A model generated the notes under the pieces. It saw only the letters and a list, made by a program, of their open reading frames with translations. It ran no database searches and had not been told where the DNA came from. From contig NZ_LMSL01000041.1 in NCBI RefSeq assembly GCF_001428405.1, positions 188,526 through 233,576 on the forward strand: a stretch of 45,051 bases of DNA, written 5' to 3'. A program made the position numbers and the translations under genes. This document shows, in pieces, positions 13,231 through 25,173 of this stretch. Positions within the stretch are counted from its first letter, which is position 1. Each line of letters starts with the position of its first letter. This DNA comes from Frateuria sp. Soil773 (GTDB lineage: Bacteria; Pseudomonadota; Gammaproteobacteria; Xanthomonadales; Rhodanobacteraceae).

Positions 13231-14541
13231 GTGAAGCGCATCGCCTTGTCCAGCACCTTGCTCGCATTCGCGGCGCCGGCCTTCGCGCAGGGCGCGCTCC
13301 ATGTGGACAGCGGCGACACCGCCTGGATGCTCACCGCGACCATGCTGGTGCTGCTGATGACGATACCCGGCCTGGCGTTGTTCTACGGCGGCATGGTGCG
13401 GGCGAAGAACCTGCTGTCGGTGCTGATGCAGTGCTTCGCGATCGCCGCCCTGGTCACCGTGCTGTGGCTGTTCTACGGCTACTCGCTGGCCTTCAGCAGC
13501 GCAGGCATGCAGGCCGGCGTGCTTAACCTGCATTCGATCGTCGGCGGGCTGGACCGCGCGCTGCTGGCGGGGCTCACCCCCGACGCGCGCTACAACACCG
13601 TGCCCGAGAGCGTGTTCGTGATGTTCCAGCTCACCTTCGCGATCATCACGCCGGCGCTGATCGTCGGCGCCTTCGCCGAGCGCATGAAGTTCAGCGCGCT
13701 GCTGTGGTTCAGCGGGCTGTGGCTCACCGTCGTCTACCTGCCGATGGCGCACATGGTGTGGAGCGGCCCCGGCTCGCTGCTGGGCGACCTCGGTGTACTC
13801 GACTTCGCCGGCGGCACCGTGGTGCACATCAACGCGGGCATCGCCGGCCTGGTCGCCTGCCTGGTGATCGGCAGGCGCCGCGGCTACCCGGCCACGCCGA
13901 TGCCGCCGCACAACCTCGGCTATACCGTGATCGGCGCCAGCCTGCTGTGGCTGGGCTGGTTCGGCTTCAACGCGGGTTCCGCGGTGGCGGCCAACGGCAG
14001 CGCCGGCATGGCGATGCTGGTGACCCAGATCGCCACCGCGGCGGCCGCGCTCGGCTGGATGGCGGCCGAGTGGATCAGCCACCGACGCCCCAGCGTGCTG
14101 GGCATTGCTTCCGGCGCAGTGGCCGGGCTGGTCGCGATCACGCCGGCCGCGGGCACCGCCGGCCCCGGCGGCGCGCTCACGCTGGGGCTGGCGGCCGGCG
14201 TGATCTGCTTCTTCAGCGCGACGCGGCTGAAGCGCCGGCTCGGCTACGACGACACGCTCGACGTGTTCGGCGTGCACGCGGTAGCCGGCATCGTCGGCGG
14301 GCTGCTCACCGGACCGCTCGCCTCGGCCCGCCTGGGCGGCTTCGGCACGGTGGCGTCGCCGTGGGGCCAGCTGTGGATCCAGGCCAAGGGCGTCGGCTTC
14401 ACCATCGCGTGGAGCGTGCTGCTGAGCCTGCTGATCCTGAAACTGGTCGACTGGACGATCGGCCTGCGCGTGGACGAGGAGCAGGAGCAGATCGGCCTGG
14501 ATCTCGCCCTGCACGAAGAGAAGGCCTACAACCTGTCCTAG
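13231..14541 (+). CDS. amtB: Ammonium transporter AmtB
   Basis: Amt signature DFAGGTVVHINAGIAGL and about 11 TM segments. A GTG at 13231 gives a 21-aa signal peptide (VKRIALSSTLLAFAAPAFA) like E. coli AmtB. An alternative ATG at 13171 overlaps the glnK stop. Confidence 0.85.
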   Translation: MKRIALSSTLLAFAAPAFAQGALHVDSGDTAWMLTATMLVLLMTIPGLALFYGGMVRAKNLLSVLMQCFAIAALVTVLWLFYGYSLAFSSAGMQAGVLNLHSIVGGLDRALLAGLTPDARYNTVPESVFVMFQLTFAIITPALIVGAFAERMKFSALLWFSGLWLTVVYLPMAHMVWSGPGSLLGDLGVLDFAGGTVVHINAGIAGLVACLVIGRRRGYPATPMPPHNLGYTVIGASLLWLGWFGFNAGSAVAANGSAGMAMLVTQIATAAAALGWMAAEWISHRRPSVLGIASGAVAGLVAITPAAGTAGPGGALTLGLAAGVICFFSATRLKRRLGYDDTLDVFGVHAVAGIVGGLLTGPLASARLGGFGTVASPWGQLWIQAKGVGFTIAWSVLLSLLILKLVDWTIGLRVDEEQEQIGLDLALHEEKAYNLS

Positions 14542-14700
14542 CCCCCGCCTCTCCCCGCGCCCCTCCGGGCAGAGGCCATCAGGGCGCATCCTGCGCGCGA
14601 CCGGACACGCCGCCGCACGGCCCTCACATGCAGGCCGGCGCTCCTACAGTTGAAAGCCGCCACCCGCTAAGCTGCGCAGCATCGCCCCTTGCAGCACGCC

Positions 14701-15711
14701 ATGACCACCACTCCCGACCGCGCCGCCGACCGCCTGGCCTGGACCCGCTCCGCCCTTGGCGACGCCGGGCTCGCCCTGGAACCCGCTTCCGCCGATGCCA
14801 GCTTCCGCAGCTACTGGCGCGCACGGCACGCAGGCCGCAACTGGATCGTGATGGACTCGCCGCCGGCGCTGGAAGACCCCGCGCCCTGGCTGCGCATCGG
14901 CGCGCGCCTCGCCGCCGCCGGCCTGCACGTGCCGACGGTGTACGCGCACGACCTGGAGCAGGGTTTCCTGCTGATCGAGGATCTCGGCACGCGCCTGTAC
15001 CTGCCCGCCTTGAACGAGGCGAGTGCGGACCAGCTCTACGGCGACGCGATGGACGCGCTGCTGCGCATGCAGACGCGCGTGGACTGCAGCGACCTGCCGC
15101 CGTTCGACCGCGCCATGCTGGTGCGCGGCCTGGAAACGATGCCGGAGTGGTTCCTGCAGCGGCACCTGGGCCATACGCCCGGCTGCGGCGAATGGGACGT
15201 GCTGGAGGCGGCCTTCGGCACGATCGTCCATGCCGCGTTGGAACAGCCCCGATGCTTCGTGCACCGCGATTTCCACAGCCGCAACCTGCTGGTCGTCGAC
15301 GACAACAATCCCGGCATCATCGATTTCCAGGGCGCGCTGGCCGGGCCGGTCACCTACGACCTCGCCTCCCTGCTGCGCGACGCCTACGTCGTGTGGCCGC
15401 GCGGGCGCGTGGAAGCATGGGTGGAGTCGTACCGGCAACGCCTGCGCGATGCCGGCCTGATCGGCGACGCGGTCGGCCGCGAACGTTTCCTGCGCTGGTT
15501 CGACCTGACCGGCATGCATCGCCACGTGCGCGTGCTCGGCCAGTTCTACCGCCTGTGGTATCGCGACGGCAAACCGGGTTACCTCGCCGATGTCCCCACG
15601 GTCTACCGCTACGTGGTGTCGGTGGCGCGCAGCTACCCGGAGCTGGCCGATTTCGTCGCGCTGCTCGAACGCCATGCGGACGGCCGCGATCTGACGCAGG
15701 TGGCGGCATGA
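14701..15711 (+). CDS. amgK: Anomeric N-acetylmuramate/N-acetylglucosamine kinase (AmgK-like; aminoglycoside phosphotransferase fold)
   Basis: APH/choline-kinase fold motifs (HRDFHSRNLLV, IIDFQGA). Followed immediately by a MurU-like nucleotidyltransferase, the known AmgK-MurU pairing. Confidence 0.7.
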   Translation: MTTTPDRAADRLAWTRSALGDAGLALEPASADASFRSYWRARHAGRNWIVMDSPPALEDPAPWLRIGARLAAAGLHVPTVYAHDLEQGFLLIEDLGTRLYLPALNEASADQLYGDAMDALLRMQTRVDCSDLPPFDRAMLVRGLETMPEWFLQRHLGHTPGCGEWDVLEAAFGTIVHAALEQPRCFVHRDFHSRNLLVVDDNNPGIIDFQGALAGPVTYDLASLLRDAYVVWPRGRVEAWVESYRQRLRDAGLIGDAVGRERFLRWFDLTGMHRHVRVLGQFYRLWYRDGKPGYLADVPTVYRYVVSVARSYPELADFVALLERHADGRDLTQVAA

Positions 15712-15723
15712 CCTTGGGACGAT

Positions 15724-15810
15724 GCGTCATCCCGGCGAAAGCCGGGATCCAGTGTCTTCCTTCCATCTCGCCGAAAAGTCGCTGGATCCCGGCTTTCGCC
15801 GGGATGACGG
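15724..15810. repeat. MITE-like palindromic repeat, copy B, inserted between amgK and murU
   Basis: gtcatcccggcgaaagccgggatccag ... ctggatcccggctttcgccgggatgac, a perfect inverted pair flanking about 30 nt of unique sequence. Confidence 0.75.
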
Positions 15811-15838
15811 CGAGGGGGTATTTGCTTCGGAGCACGCC

Positions 15839-16504
15839 ATGCGCCACGCGCTGATCTTCGCGGCCGGGCTCGGCGAGCGGATGCGACCGCTCACCGACCA
15901 GACACCCAAGCCGTTGCTGCCGGCGGGCGGCAAGCCGCTGATCGTGTGGCATCTGGAAAAGCTCGCCGCAGCCGGCGTGAACTACGTGGTGATCAACACC
16001 TCGCACCTGGCCGAACAGTTTCCCGACACGCTCGGCGACGGTTCGCGCTGGGGGCTGCGCATCCGCTACGCCTACGAAGGGCCCACGCCGCTGGAGACCG
16101 GCGGCGGCATGCTGAACGCGCTGCCCCTGCTCGGCCCGGAACCCTTCATCGCCGTCAGCGCCGACATCCACAGCGACTACGACTATGCGCAGTTGCCCGC
16201 GCAGCCGGCCGGCCTGGCCCACCTGGTGATGGTGCCCAATCCGCCCTGGCACGCCGCCGGCGACTTCGTGCTGCACCAGGGCGCGCTGCATGAAGACGGC
16301 CCCGGCGAACGGCTGACCTTCGGCAACATCGGGGTCTATCGCCCCGAGCTGCTGCACGGACACCCGCCCGGCCGCTTCAAGCTGCTGCCGGTCTACCAGC
16401 AGGCGATGCGCCTGAATCAGCTCGGCGGCGAACGCTACGACGGCCCATGGCACAACGTCGGCACGCCGCAGCAGCTCGACGCGCTGGATCGCGCGCTGGC
16501 CTGA
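15839..16504 (+). CDS. murU: N-acetylmuramate alpha-1-phosphate uridylyltransferase (MurU-like nucleotidyltransferase)
   Basis: MRHALIFAAGLGERMRPLT sugar-1-P nucleotidyltransferase N-terminus (GxGxR). Start is Met 40 of ORF 15722..16504. Confidence 0.7.
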   Translation: MRHALIFAAGLGERMRPLTDQTPKPLLPAGGKPLIVWHLEKLAAAGVNYVVINTSHLAEQFPDTLGDGSRWGLRIRYAYEGPTPLETGGGMLNALPLLGPEPFIAVSADIHSDYDYAQLPAQPAGLAHLVMVPNPPWHAAGDFVLHQGALHEDGPGERLTFGNIGVYRPELLHGHPPGRFKLLPVYQQAMRLNQLGGERYDGPWHNVGTPQQLDALDRALA

Positions 16505-16538
16505 TCCAGGCATCGCGAACGCCGAACCCGGCAAGAAG

Positions 16539-16572
16539 AAGGGCCCGGTGCGAAACCGGGCCCTTTCGTTTG
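16539..16572 (+). terminator. Rho-independent terminator after murU
   Basis: AAGGGCCCGG-tgcgaaa-CCGGGCCCTT followed by TCGTTT. Confidence 0.6.
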
Positions 16573-16599
16573 GCGAAGCTTCCCCTTCTGCCCTTCCGG

Positions 16600-16655
16600 G
16601 CATCTTCCCCCGCTGGCGGGGGAAGACAAGCGGATCGCCGCTTTGCGGCGATGAT
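16600..16655 (-). terminator. Two tandem GC-rich hairpins immediately downstream of secF
   Basis: CTTCCCCCGC-tgg-cGGGGGAAG and ATCGCCGC-tttg-CGGCGAT, with no clear U-tract. Confidence 0.35.
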
Positions 16656-16658
16656 TGC

Positions 16659-17615
16659 CTACGGCCGGCGCGCCAGCTCCGGGTTTTCCCGGGTCACCGG
16701 CATCAGGTCCTTCTTCGACACGCCCAGCCACAGCAGGATCGGGCTGGCGACGAAGATCGAGGACAGCGTGCCGACCACGATGCCGATCAGCATGGTCACC
16801 GCGAAGCCTTCCACCGCCTGGCCGCCGATGAAGTACAGCGCGGCCATGGTGATGCCGGTGAACAGCGAGGTGATGATGGTTCGCGACAGGGTGCTGTTGA
16901 TCGAGCGGTTGAGGATCTCCTCCGGCTCGGCCTTGCGCGCCAGCCGGAACAGCTCGCGGATGCGGTCGAACACCACCACCTTGTCGTTGATCGAATAGCC
17001 GATCACCGCCAGCACCGAGGCCAGCTCGGTCAGGCTGAATTCGCGCTGCACCAGGGCGATGATGCCCAGCGTCACCAGCACGTCGTGCACCTCGGTGGCC
17101 AGCGCGGCGATCGCGAAGCGGCGCTCGAAGCGGATCCACAGGTACACGCCGATGCCGATGATCACGAACACCGCCGCGATGCTGCCGTCGCTGCGCAGCT
17201 CGTCGCCCACCGCCGAGCTGACCGACTGCGCGCCCTTCAGGGCGACGTCGGGCCGGCTCACCTTCAGCACGTTGCCGATGACCAGGGTGACCTTTTCCAG
17301 GTCCACCTTGCCGCTGGCGTCCTTCATCGCCGCCGTCGGCTGCATGCGGATGGACAGCTCGCGGCTGCCGCCCAGGCTGGTCACCAGGGCATGCTCCATG
17401 CCGGCCTTGGTCAGCGCCTCGCGCGCGTCGCTCACCGCCACCGGCTGCTGGTAGACCGCCGTCACCGACACGCCGCCGGTGAATTCCAGGCCGTAGTTGA
17501 GGCCCTTGGTGAAGATCAGCACGACCGAGGCGATCATCAGCGCCAGCGCGACGCCGATGCTGATCTTGCGCATGCCGAGGAAGTTGACGTTGGCGTTGTG
17601 GTTGAAGATTTCCAT
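16659..17615 (-). CDS. secF: Protein translocase subunit SecF
   Basis: MEIFNHNANVNFLG, a typical SecF N-terminus, and 6 TM segments. Start is Met 18 of ORF 16659..17666. Confidence 0.9.
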   Translation of the reverse strand: MEIFNHNANVNFLGMRKISIGVALALMIASVVLIFTKGLNYGLEFTGGVSVTAVYQQPVAVSDAREALTKAGMEHALVTSLGGSRELSIRMQPTAAMKDASGKVDLEKVTLVIGNVLKVSRPDVALKGAQSVSSAVGDELRSDGSIAAVFVIIGIGVYLWIRFERRFAIAALATEVHDVLVTLGIIALVQREFSLTELASVLAVIGYSINDKVVVFDRIRELFRLARKAEPEEILNRSINSTLSRTIITSLFTGITMAALYFIGGQAVEGFAVTMLIGIVVGTLSSIFVASPILLWLGVSKKDLMPVTRENPELARRP

Positions 17616-17667
17616 GATGTGTTCTCTTTGGCGGGAAAAAGCGGCCGTCCTGGCCGCACTCTTCAAG

Positions 17668-19551
17668 TCAGACCGACAGCGTCTTCAGTTTGCGGCGACC
17701 GTGGATCAGCGCGGTGATCGCATGGGTCAGCGTGACCGAGGTGAACATCGAGGTCAGGATGCCGATCAGCAGCGTCACGCCGAAGCCCCTGATCGGGCCC
17801 GAGCCCATCGTGGTCAGCGCCAGCGCGGCGATCAGGTGGGTGACGTTGGCGTCCAGGATGGTCGCCCACGCCTTCTCGTAGCCGGCGTGGATCGCCGCGT
17901 GCGGCGAGGCGCCGTTGCGCAGCTCCTCGCGGATACGCTCGCAGATCAGCACGTTGGCGTCGATCGCCATGCCCAGGGTCAGCACGATGCCGGCGATGCC
18001 CGGCATGGTCAGGGTCACCCCGATCATCGACATCACCGCCAGCAGGATCACCAGGTTGAAGAACAGCGCGATGTCCGCCACCAGGCCGAACAGCTTGTAG
18101 TAGACCGCCGCGGCCAGCAGCACCAGGCCCAGGCCCAGCATCACCGCCCGGAAGCCCTTCTGGATGTTGTCCTGGCCGAGGCTGGCGCCGATGGTCTGCT
18201 GCGACACGATGTCCATGCGCGCGGCCAGCGAGCCGCCCTTGAGCAGCAGGGCCAGCTCGGAGGCCTCCTTCGCGCTGCCCAGGCCGGTGGTCTGGAACTG
18301 CTTGCCGAACACGCCCTGCACGGTGGCGTTGGAGATCACCTTCTCGGTGACGCGCGGCGTGCGCACTTCCTTGCCGTCGACGATCTTGGTGTCGGTGACC
18401 GTCTCCACGTAGACCACCGCCATCGGCTTGCCGACGTTGGCGCTGGTGTAGTCGAGCATCTTCTTGGCGCCCGACGCGCTGAGGGTCACGTCCACCTTCG
18501 GCGAGCCGGTCTGCTGGTCGATGCCGGAGGAGGCGTCCGCCAGCTCGTCGCCGGTGACGATGATGCGCTTGCTGACCAGCACCGGCCCGCGCGGGGTGTT
18601 GCCGTCGTACAGGGTGTACAGCCGCGCGTCCGGCGGCACGTTGCCGGTGCGCGCGGCTTCCATCGCCTGCTGCGGCGTGCCGTAACCCGGGTGGTATTCC
18701 AGCGTGGCCTGGGCGCCGATGATCTTCTTCGCCTCGGCCGGGTTCTGCACGCCGGCCAGCTCGACCACGATCTGGTTGTCGCCCTGCTGCTGGATGATCG
18801 GTTCGGACACGCCCAGCGCGTTGATGCGGTTGCGCAGCGTGCTCAGGTTCTGCCGCAGGGCGCCGAGCTGCAGCTCGCGCAGCTTGTCCGGCCGCATCGA
18901 CACGGTGAGCGGGTAGCGGTCGCCAGTGTTGCTGCCGTCCTGCGTCTGCAGGTCCGGGTAGTCGGTGGCGACGGCGTTGGCGAGCGTGGTGCGGTCGGCC
19001 GCCGAGCGCAGCACGACCACCACGCCCTTGCCGCGCTGGGCGGCGCGGGCGACCGAGTCGTAGCGGATGTTCTTCTGCCGCAGCAGCGTGCGCATGTCGT
19101 CGGCGGTGCGTTCCTCACGCTTGTCGATCACCGAGTTCTGGTCCACCTCCATCAGGAAGTGCACGCCGCCCTGCAGGTCCAGGCCCAGCGGCATCGCGTT
19201 GGCGTGGATCGCGCGCAGCCAGTGCGGCACGGTGGAAGCGAGGTTGAGCGCGACGGTGTAGTCGTCGCCCAGCGCGGCGTGGATCGCGTCGGAGGCATGC
19301 GCCTGCACGTCGGTGTTGGCGAAGTTCACCGCCAGGTGGTCGTTCTCGATCGCCAGCCCGGTGTACGCGATGTTCTGCTTGGCCAGCGTCGCGGCGACCT
19401 TCTGCTTGAGCGCCTCGTCGACCACCGCTCCGCGCGCGCCCTGCACCTGCACCGACGGCGCCGGCGGGAATACGTTGGGCAGCGCATAGATGATGCCGAA
19501 CAGCAACACGACCGCGACCAGCGCGTACTTCCAGCGTGGAAAATCACTCAT
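17668..19551 (-). CDS. secD: Protein translocase subunit SecD
   Basis: 627 aa with a large periplasmic domain and a C-terminal 6-TM bundle. Conserved secD-secF order. Confidence 0.9.
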   Translation of the reverse strand: MSDFPRWKYALVAVVLLFGIIYALPNVFPPAPSVQVQGARGAVVDEALKQKVAATLAKQNIAYTGLAIENDHLAVNFANTDVQAHASDAIHAALGDDYTVALNLASTVPHWLRAIHANAMPLGLDLQGGVHFLMEVDQNSVIDKREERTADDMRTLLRQKNIRYDSVARAAQRGKGVVVVLRSAADRTTLANAVATDYPDLQTQDGSNTGDRYPLTVSMRPDKLRELQLGALRQNLSTLRNRINALGVSEPIIQQQGDNQIVVELAGVQNPAEAKKIIGAQATLEYHPGYGTPQQAMEAARTGNVPPDARLYTLYDGNTPRGPVLVSKRIIVTGDELADASSGIDQQTGSPKVDVTLSASGAKKMLDYTSANVGKPMAVVYVETVTDTKIVDGKEVRTPRVTEKVISNATVQGVFGKQFQTTGLGSAKEASELALLLKGGSLAARMDIVSQQTIGASLGQDNIQKGFRAVMLGLGLVLLAAAVYYKLFGLVADIALFFNLVILLAVMSMIGVTLTMPGIAGIVLTLGMAIDANVLICERIREELRNGASPHAAIHAGYEKAWATILDANVTHLIAALALTTMGSGPIRGFGVTLLIGILTSMFTSVTLTHAITALIHGRRKLKTLSV

Positions 19552-19606
19552 GCCTTGGATCCTTCAAAGCCGCAGCCCCCTCGGCCGCGGCACAATGGCT
19601 TGCCGC

Positions 19607-19939
19607 TCAGGCGGACTTCAGCGTGCCCTTGGGCAGCACCTGCGACACCGCGCCCTTCTGCAGCTTGATCTTCACGCCGGTGGCGATCTCGATCGTGAGG
19701 AAGCTCTCGCCCACCTCGTCGATGCGCCCGGCGATGCCGCCGTTGCTGACCACCTCGTCGCCCTTGGCGAGCGCCGCGATCATCGCGCGCTGTTCCTTCT
19801 GCCGCTTCATCTGCGGGCGGATCATCAGGAAGTAGAACACCACGAACAGGCCGATCAACGGCAGGAAGGTCACCAGGGGATTGGCCGGCGCGGCGGCCGG
19901 AGCGGCCTGGGCGATCACGAAGGACATCGGAAAACTCAT
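19607..19939 (-). CDS. yajC: Preprotein translocase subunit YajC
   Basis: 110 aa from Met 6. A single TM followed by GDEVVSNGGIAGRI, aligning with the E. coli YajC motif GDEVLTNGGLVGRV. Confidence 0.8.
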   Translation of the reverse strand: MSFPMSFVIAQAAPAAAPANPLVTFLPLIGLFVVFYFLMIRPQMKRQKEQRAMIAALAKGDEVVSNGGIAGRIDEVGESFLTIEIATGVKIKLQKGAVSQVLPKGTLKSA

Positions 19940-20169
19940 CGGCTTGTCTCGCAAGTTGCGGCCCCGGCAAGGATTTCCGCCGGACGCCTGATAAAAGATC
20001 GTGGATTATGCCATGCGCCCCCAGGCCATGCACTGCGGCGGGCCGCAGGGGCGAAGGCGGTCGCGGGCGTTCCGCCCGACCCATAGGAACCCGCCGGGCC
20101 CGCGAAGGTTCCTCCCGGCACCGGCGTCCGGCCCGGCGCCTCCTTCGCGCCGGATGCCGCCCGGGCGCC

Positions 20170-21429
<1,260 letters not shown>

Positions 21430-21475
21430 TCACGCTAAGAGCTCGTTCAAAGTCTCCCAGGTATCCCCGATGAAG

Positions 21476-21565
21476 CGTCATCCCAGCGAAAGCTGGGATC
21501 CAGTGCCTCTAGAGTTTTGGGGAAGGGGGAAAGTCACTGGATTCCTGCTTTCGCAGGAATGACGA
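21476..21565. repeat. MITE-like palindromic repeat, copy C, in the tgt-queA intergenic region
   Basis: gtcatcccagcgaaagctgggatccagtg ... cactggattcctgctttcgcaggaatgac. Confidence 0.7.
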
Positions 21566-21623
21566 GCGGAGGACTCCAGTGCGACCGGAGGACTTCGAGC
21601 AGGCTCCAAGCCCTCTCTCCGGG

Positions 21624-22658
21624 TCAGACGCAGCCGTGCGGCAGGATCAGCATGGCGTCGCCGTACGAGAAGAAGCGATAACGCTGCGCCACCGCGTGGC
21701 GGTAGGCGTCCAGGATGAACTCGCGCCCGGCCAGCGCGGACACCAGCATCAGCAACGTCGACTGCGGCAGGTGGAAGTTGGTGATCAGGCCGTCGATGCT
21801 GCTGAAGCGGTAGCCGGGGAAGATGAAGATCTGCGTCTCGCCGGCGAACGGGTGCAGCCGGCCGTCCACCGTCGCGCTCTCCAGCGCGCGCACCACGGTG
21901 GTGCCCACCGCGATCACCCGGCCGCCGCCGGCGCGGGTGCGGCGGATCCTCTCCACCAGCTCGGCACCCACGTTGAGCCATTCGCGGTGCATCACGTGGT
22001 CCTGCACTTCCTCGGCGCGCATCGGCTGGAAGGTGCCGGCGCCGACGTGCAGGGTCACGTAGCCGGAATCCACGCCGCGCGCGCGCAGGGCGTCCAGCAT
22101 CGGCTCGTCGAAGTGCAGGCCGGCGGTGGGCGCGGCCACCGCGCCGGGCTCGCGGGCGAACACGGTCTGGTAGCGCTCCATGTCGCTGGCGTTGGCGTGG
22201 CGCTCGATATAGGGCGGCAATGGCATCTCGCCGAGCCTGGACAGCAGCCGCTCCAGCGGCTCGGGCGATTCGAAGCGCAGCCGGAAGAAAGCCTCCTCGC
22301 GCCCCAGCACCACCGCATGGCTGCCGTCGGCCAGCTCGATCCGGCCGCCGGTCTTCGGCTTCTTGCTGACGCCCAGTTGCACGATCGCCTCGTGCGCGCC
22401 GGTGACGCGCTCGATCAGGATCTCCACCGCGCCGCCGGTCTCCTTGCGTCCGTACAGGCGCGCCGGCAGCACGCGGGTGTCGTTGAACACCAGCAGATCG
22501 CCCGGGCGCAGGAACTCCGGCAGCTCGCGGAAATGGCGGTCGGCCATGGACTGCGCCGGCACGTCCAGCAGCAGCAGGCGGCTGGCGCTGCGCTCGGCCA
22601 GCGGCGCCTGCGCGATCAGCTCGGGCGGCAGGGCAAAATCGAAATCAGACTTCTTCAC
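21624..22658 (-). CDS. queA: S-adenosylmethionine:tRNA ribosyltransferase-isomerase QueA
   Basis: From a GTG start, (V)[19 protein letters not shown] aligns with E. coli MRVTDFSFELPESLIAHYP. The upstream in-frame Mets would add a non-conserved extension. Confidence 0.85.
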   Translation of the reverse strand: MKKSDFDFALPPELIAQAPLAERSASRLLLLDVPAQSMADRHFRELPEFLRPGDLLVFNDTRVLPARLYGRKETGGAVEILIERVTGAHEAIVQLGVSKKPKTGGRIELADGSHAVVLGREEAFFRLRFESPEPLERLLSRLGEMPLPPYIERHANASDMERYQTVFAREPGAVAAPTAGLHFDEPMLDALRARGVDSGYVTLHVGAGTFQPMRAEEVQDHVMHREWLNVGAELVERIRRTRAGGGRVIAVGTTVVRALESATVDGRLHPFAGETQIFIFPGYRFSSIDGLITNFHLPQSTLLMLVSALAGREFILDAYRHAVAQRYRFFSYGDAMLILPHGCV

Positions 22659-22728
22659 GGAACATCCGGCGGCGCCCGCCCTGGGCGGGAAACGGGACAT
22701 TATCCCGCAGCGGGCGCGCCGCGGCACC

Positions 22729-25173
22729 TCACCCCGGCCGGCGCCGCCGGCGCAGCACCGCGCCGAGGCCGATCAGCAACAGCAGCGCGCCGGCAACGAG
22801 GTACCAGCGGTAGTGGCCGGCCAGGTGCCGCACGTGCGCGATCCGCTGCTGGCGCAACAGCGTGCGGGCGCGGTCGAAGTCCGGTGCCTCGCAGGAGCGG
22901 CCGAATTGCCCGGCCCAGCTTACGTAGGCGCCCTGCTCCACGTAGCGCCGGTACAGCGCCTCGGCCCGCTGCAGGCGCTCGGGCAAGGCGGTCGGCTTGG
23001 GATCGCCGAAGCCGCCGAACTGGTCGCCGTAGTCCGGCGGCCCCTGCAGCATCCATCCGGTGGCCTTGCACAGCACCGCGGCGAATGCCTGCGAGCGCGG
23101 CGGCAGCAGGTCGGCCGCGCGGCTGGCCTCGTCGGCCGCCAGGTAGCGGTAATGGAAGCGACGCGGCGGCTTCGCGGCGCTCGCGACGAAGCGGTCGTGC
23201 TCGCCCTGGGTCAGGTACGCGCCCACCTTGGCCGTGTCCTGGCCGAGCCCGCCCTGGTACATGCCGTCCAGCGCGTAGTAGTCCGGATCGGCCTCGTAGC
23301 CGAGGATCTCCATGCCGTGCTCGCGCGCGATCGTGGCGGCCCGGAACAGCGCCTCGGCCTTGCCGATGCCGGTCCAGGCCGACTCGCTGCGTTGCAGCGC
23401 ATCGGCATACTGTTGCGCCCATACGCGATGGCGCTGCGGCGGCGGCGTTTCGCCGTCGTCCGCGCTTGTCGGCGCGGTCGGCGCGGCGCCTTCGGCGGCC
23501 GGTTCGCGGAAATAGCCGAACGCGTCCCGGTAGCGCCCCGCACGCATCAACCGGCGCGCCAGCAGCTCGCGCAGCGCGGTGCCGCGGCCGACCTGGCCGT
23601 CGGTATAGGCATAGCTGGCCTCTCCTTCGGGCGCCTGCATCATCGCCGTGCTGGCCGGTACGCGGGTGTCCACGAAGTGCTTGAGCTCGTCCACGGTGAG
23701 CACGCGCTCGGCCAGGTAGGCCACGTCGCCCCACCAGACGTCGGCGCGGTTCCACAACTGCTCCAGCGCCTGCACGTACTCGCCGCGCGCCAGGCTCAGC
23801 GCGCCCTGCTCGCCGTGCAGCCGGTCGACGCCGTCGGGTTCGATCCCCGGCACTTCGCCGGTCGCGGGGAAGGCGCGGATCGCCTGCGCGTACGCCGTGC
23901 TGGCGGCCGCCATGTCGCCCTTGCGCAGGGCCAGCTTGGCCTGCACCCAACTGGACAACGGGCCGGATTGCCGGCCGCTCAGGGTGGCGGCCAGCTCGTA
24001 GCGGCCGCTGCGGTAGGCCAGCGCGGCCAGCCGGTCCGCGCCTTCGACGCGGGACAGCCCGCGCTGCTCGATCGCCGCCACCAGCGCGGCCAGCCGGTCG
24101 CGGCCGAGGGCCGTATCGTCGGACGCGGCATCCTCCGCGCCGCGGTCGGCGGAATACGCCAGCGCATAGGCGACCAGCGCGCGCTGCGCCAGCGAATCGT
24201 CGAGCAGGCCGGCCAGCAGGTCCGGATGGCCGAATGCATAGCCGGACAAATGCCGCAGCGATTCCACGCCGCTCTGCGAGTCGCGCGCCGCCTGCTCCGC
24301 GTACAGCCCCATCGCGCGGGCATAGTTGCCCGGCGCGATGGTGGCCGGGCACGCGCCGCCGGCGACGAAACCCTGCCAGCGGCAGAACGGGCCATCGGCA
24401 CTGCCGTCGTTCACCGGGCCGCCGGCGCGCAGGTACAGGCGCGCCTCCTCTCCATAGCTGGCCACCGCCAGGCCCTGCGGATCGGGCGCACCCTGCAGGG
24501 CCAGCACGCGCGCCTGCGCGAAGTGGCCGCGGATCGTCGCCATGCGGTCGTCCGGCTTGCAGTTGCCGCAGTCGGCGAACTGCCTGAGGCCGATCTCGCC
24601 CAGCATGTAGGCCGCCGCCACCGCGCGCTGCCGCGCCTGCGCCGGCGGCAGCGCGAGCAGGTCGTAGAGGCGCCGCTCAGCGCGGCCGAGCCGCTGCGGG
24701 TCGACCTGGGCGGCGCAGGTGTGCGCCTGGACCTCGGTCGCCGGCTCGTCTCCCGCGTCGTCCGCCGCATGCGCGCAGCCGAAGCCGGCCTGGTGGAGCT
24801 CGATCGCCGCCGCGGCGTACAGCCGGATCGCCTCGGGCAGGCCCGCGCCGGCGGCATAGGCCTCGTCGCCGGTGGCGGCCGGCGCCATCTTGCCGAGCAG
24901 CGCCAGTTGTTCCGCCGGCAGGCCGGCGTCGAGCGGGGAGACGGGGGCCTGCTCCCGCGTCTCCCCGGCAGGCGCTTCGTGCGCCTTCAGCTCGTCGGAC
25001 GCCGTGCGCAGGTGCATCGCCTCGTAGGCGAACGTGTTCACCGGCGTGGCCGCGAAGGTCGCGGCGCGATCGGACAGCAACTGGCTCGGGAAATCCGGGC
25101 CGCAGGCCCATACCGCGCCGGCCAGCGCGCCTGCCGCCGCCACGCCGAGCAGCCATCGTTCACGGTTCCACAT
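22729..25173 (-). CDS. Large (814 aa) Ala-rich hypothetical protein with an N-terminal signal peptide and a C-terminal TM anchor
   Basis: Start is Met 87 of ORF 22729..25431 ([23 protein letters not shown], signal-like). The C-terminus [25 protein letters not shown] is a single TM helix with a basic tail. Several Cys pairs. I recognise no catalytic motif. The gene overlaps the upstream lipoprotein gene by 14 nt. Confidence 0.55.
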   Translation of the reverse strand: MWNRERWLLGVAAAGALAGAVWACGPDFPSQLLSDRAATFAATPVNTFAYEAMHLRTASDELKAHEAPAGETREQAPVSPLDAGLPAEQLALLGKMAPAATGDEAYAAGAGLPEAIRLYAAAAIELHQAGFGCAHAADDAGDEPATEVQAHTCAAQVDPQRLGRAERRLYDLLALPPAQARQRAVAAAYMLGEIGLRQFADCGNCKPDDRMATIRGHFAQARVLALQGAPDPQGLAVASYGEEARLYLRAGGPVNDGSADGPFCRWQGFVAGGACPATIAPGNYARAMGLYAEQAARDSQSGVESLRHLSGYAFGHPDLLAGLLDDSLAQRALVAYALAYSADRGAEDAASDDTALGRDRLAALVAAIEQRGLSRVEGADRLAALAYRSGRYELAATLSGRQSGPLSSWVQAKLALRKGDMAAASTAYAQAIRAFPATGEVPGIEPDGVDRLHGEQGALSLARGEYVQALEQLWNRADVWWGDVAYLAERVLTVDELKHFVDTRVPASTAMMQAPEGEASYAYTDGQVGRGTALRELLARRLMRAGRYRDAFGYFREPAAEGAAPTAPTSADDGETPPPQRHRVWAQQYADALQRSESAWTGIGKAEALFRAATIAREHGMEILGYEADPDYYALDGMYQGGLGQDTAKVGAYLTQGEHDRFVASAAKPPRRFHYRYLAADEASRAADLLPPRSQAFAAVLCKATGWMLQGPPDYGDQFGGFGDPKPTALPERLQRAEALYRRYVEQGAYVSWAGQFGRSCEAPDFDRARTLLRQQRIAHVRHLAGHYRWYLVAGALLLLIGLGAVLRRRRRPG

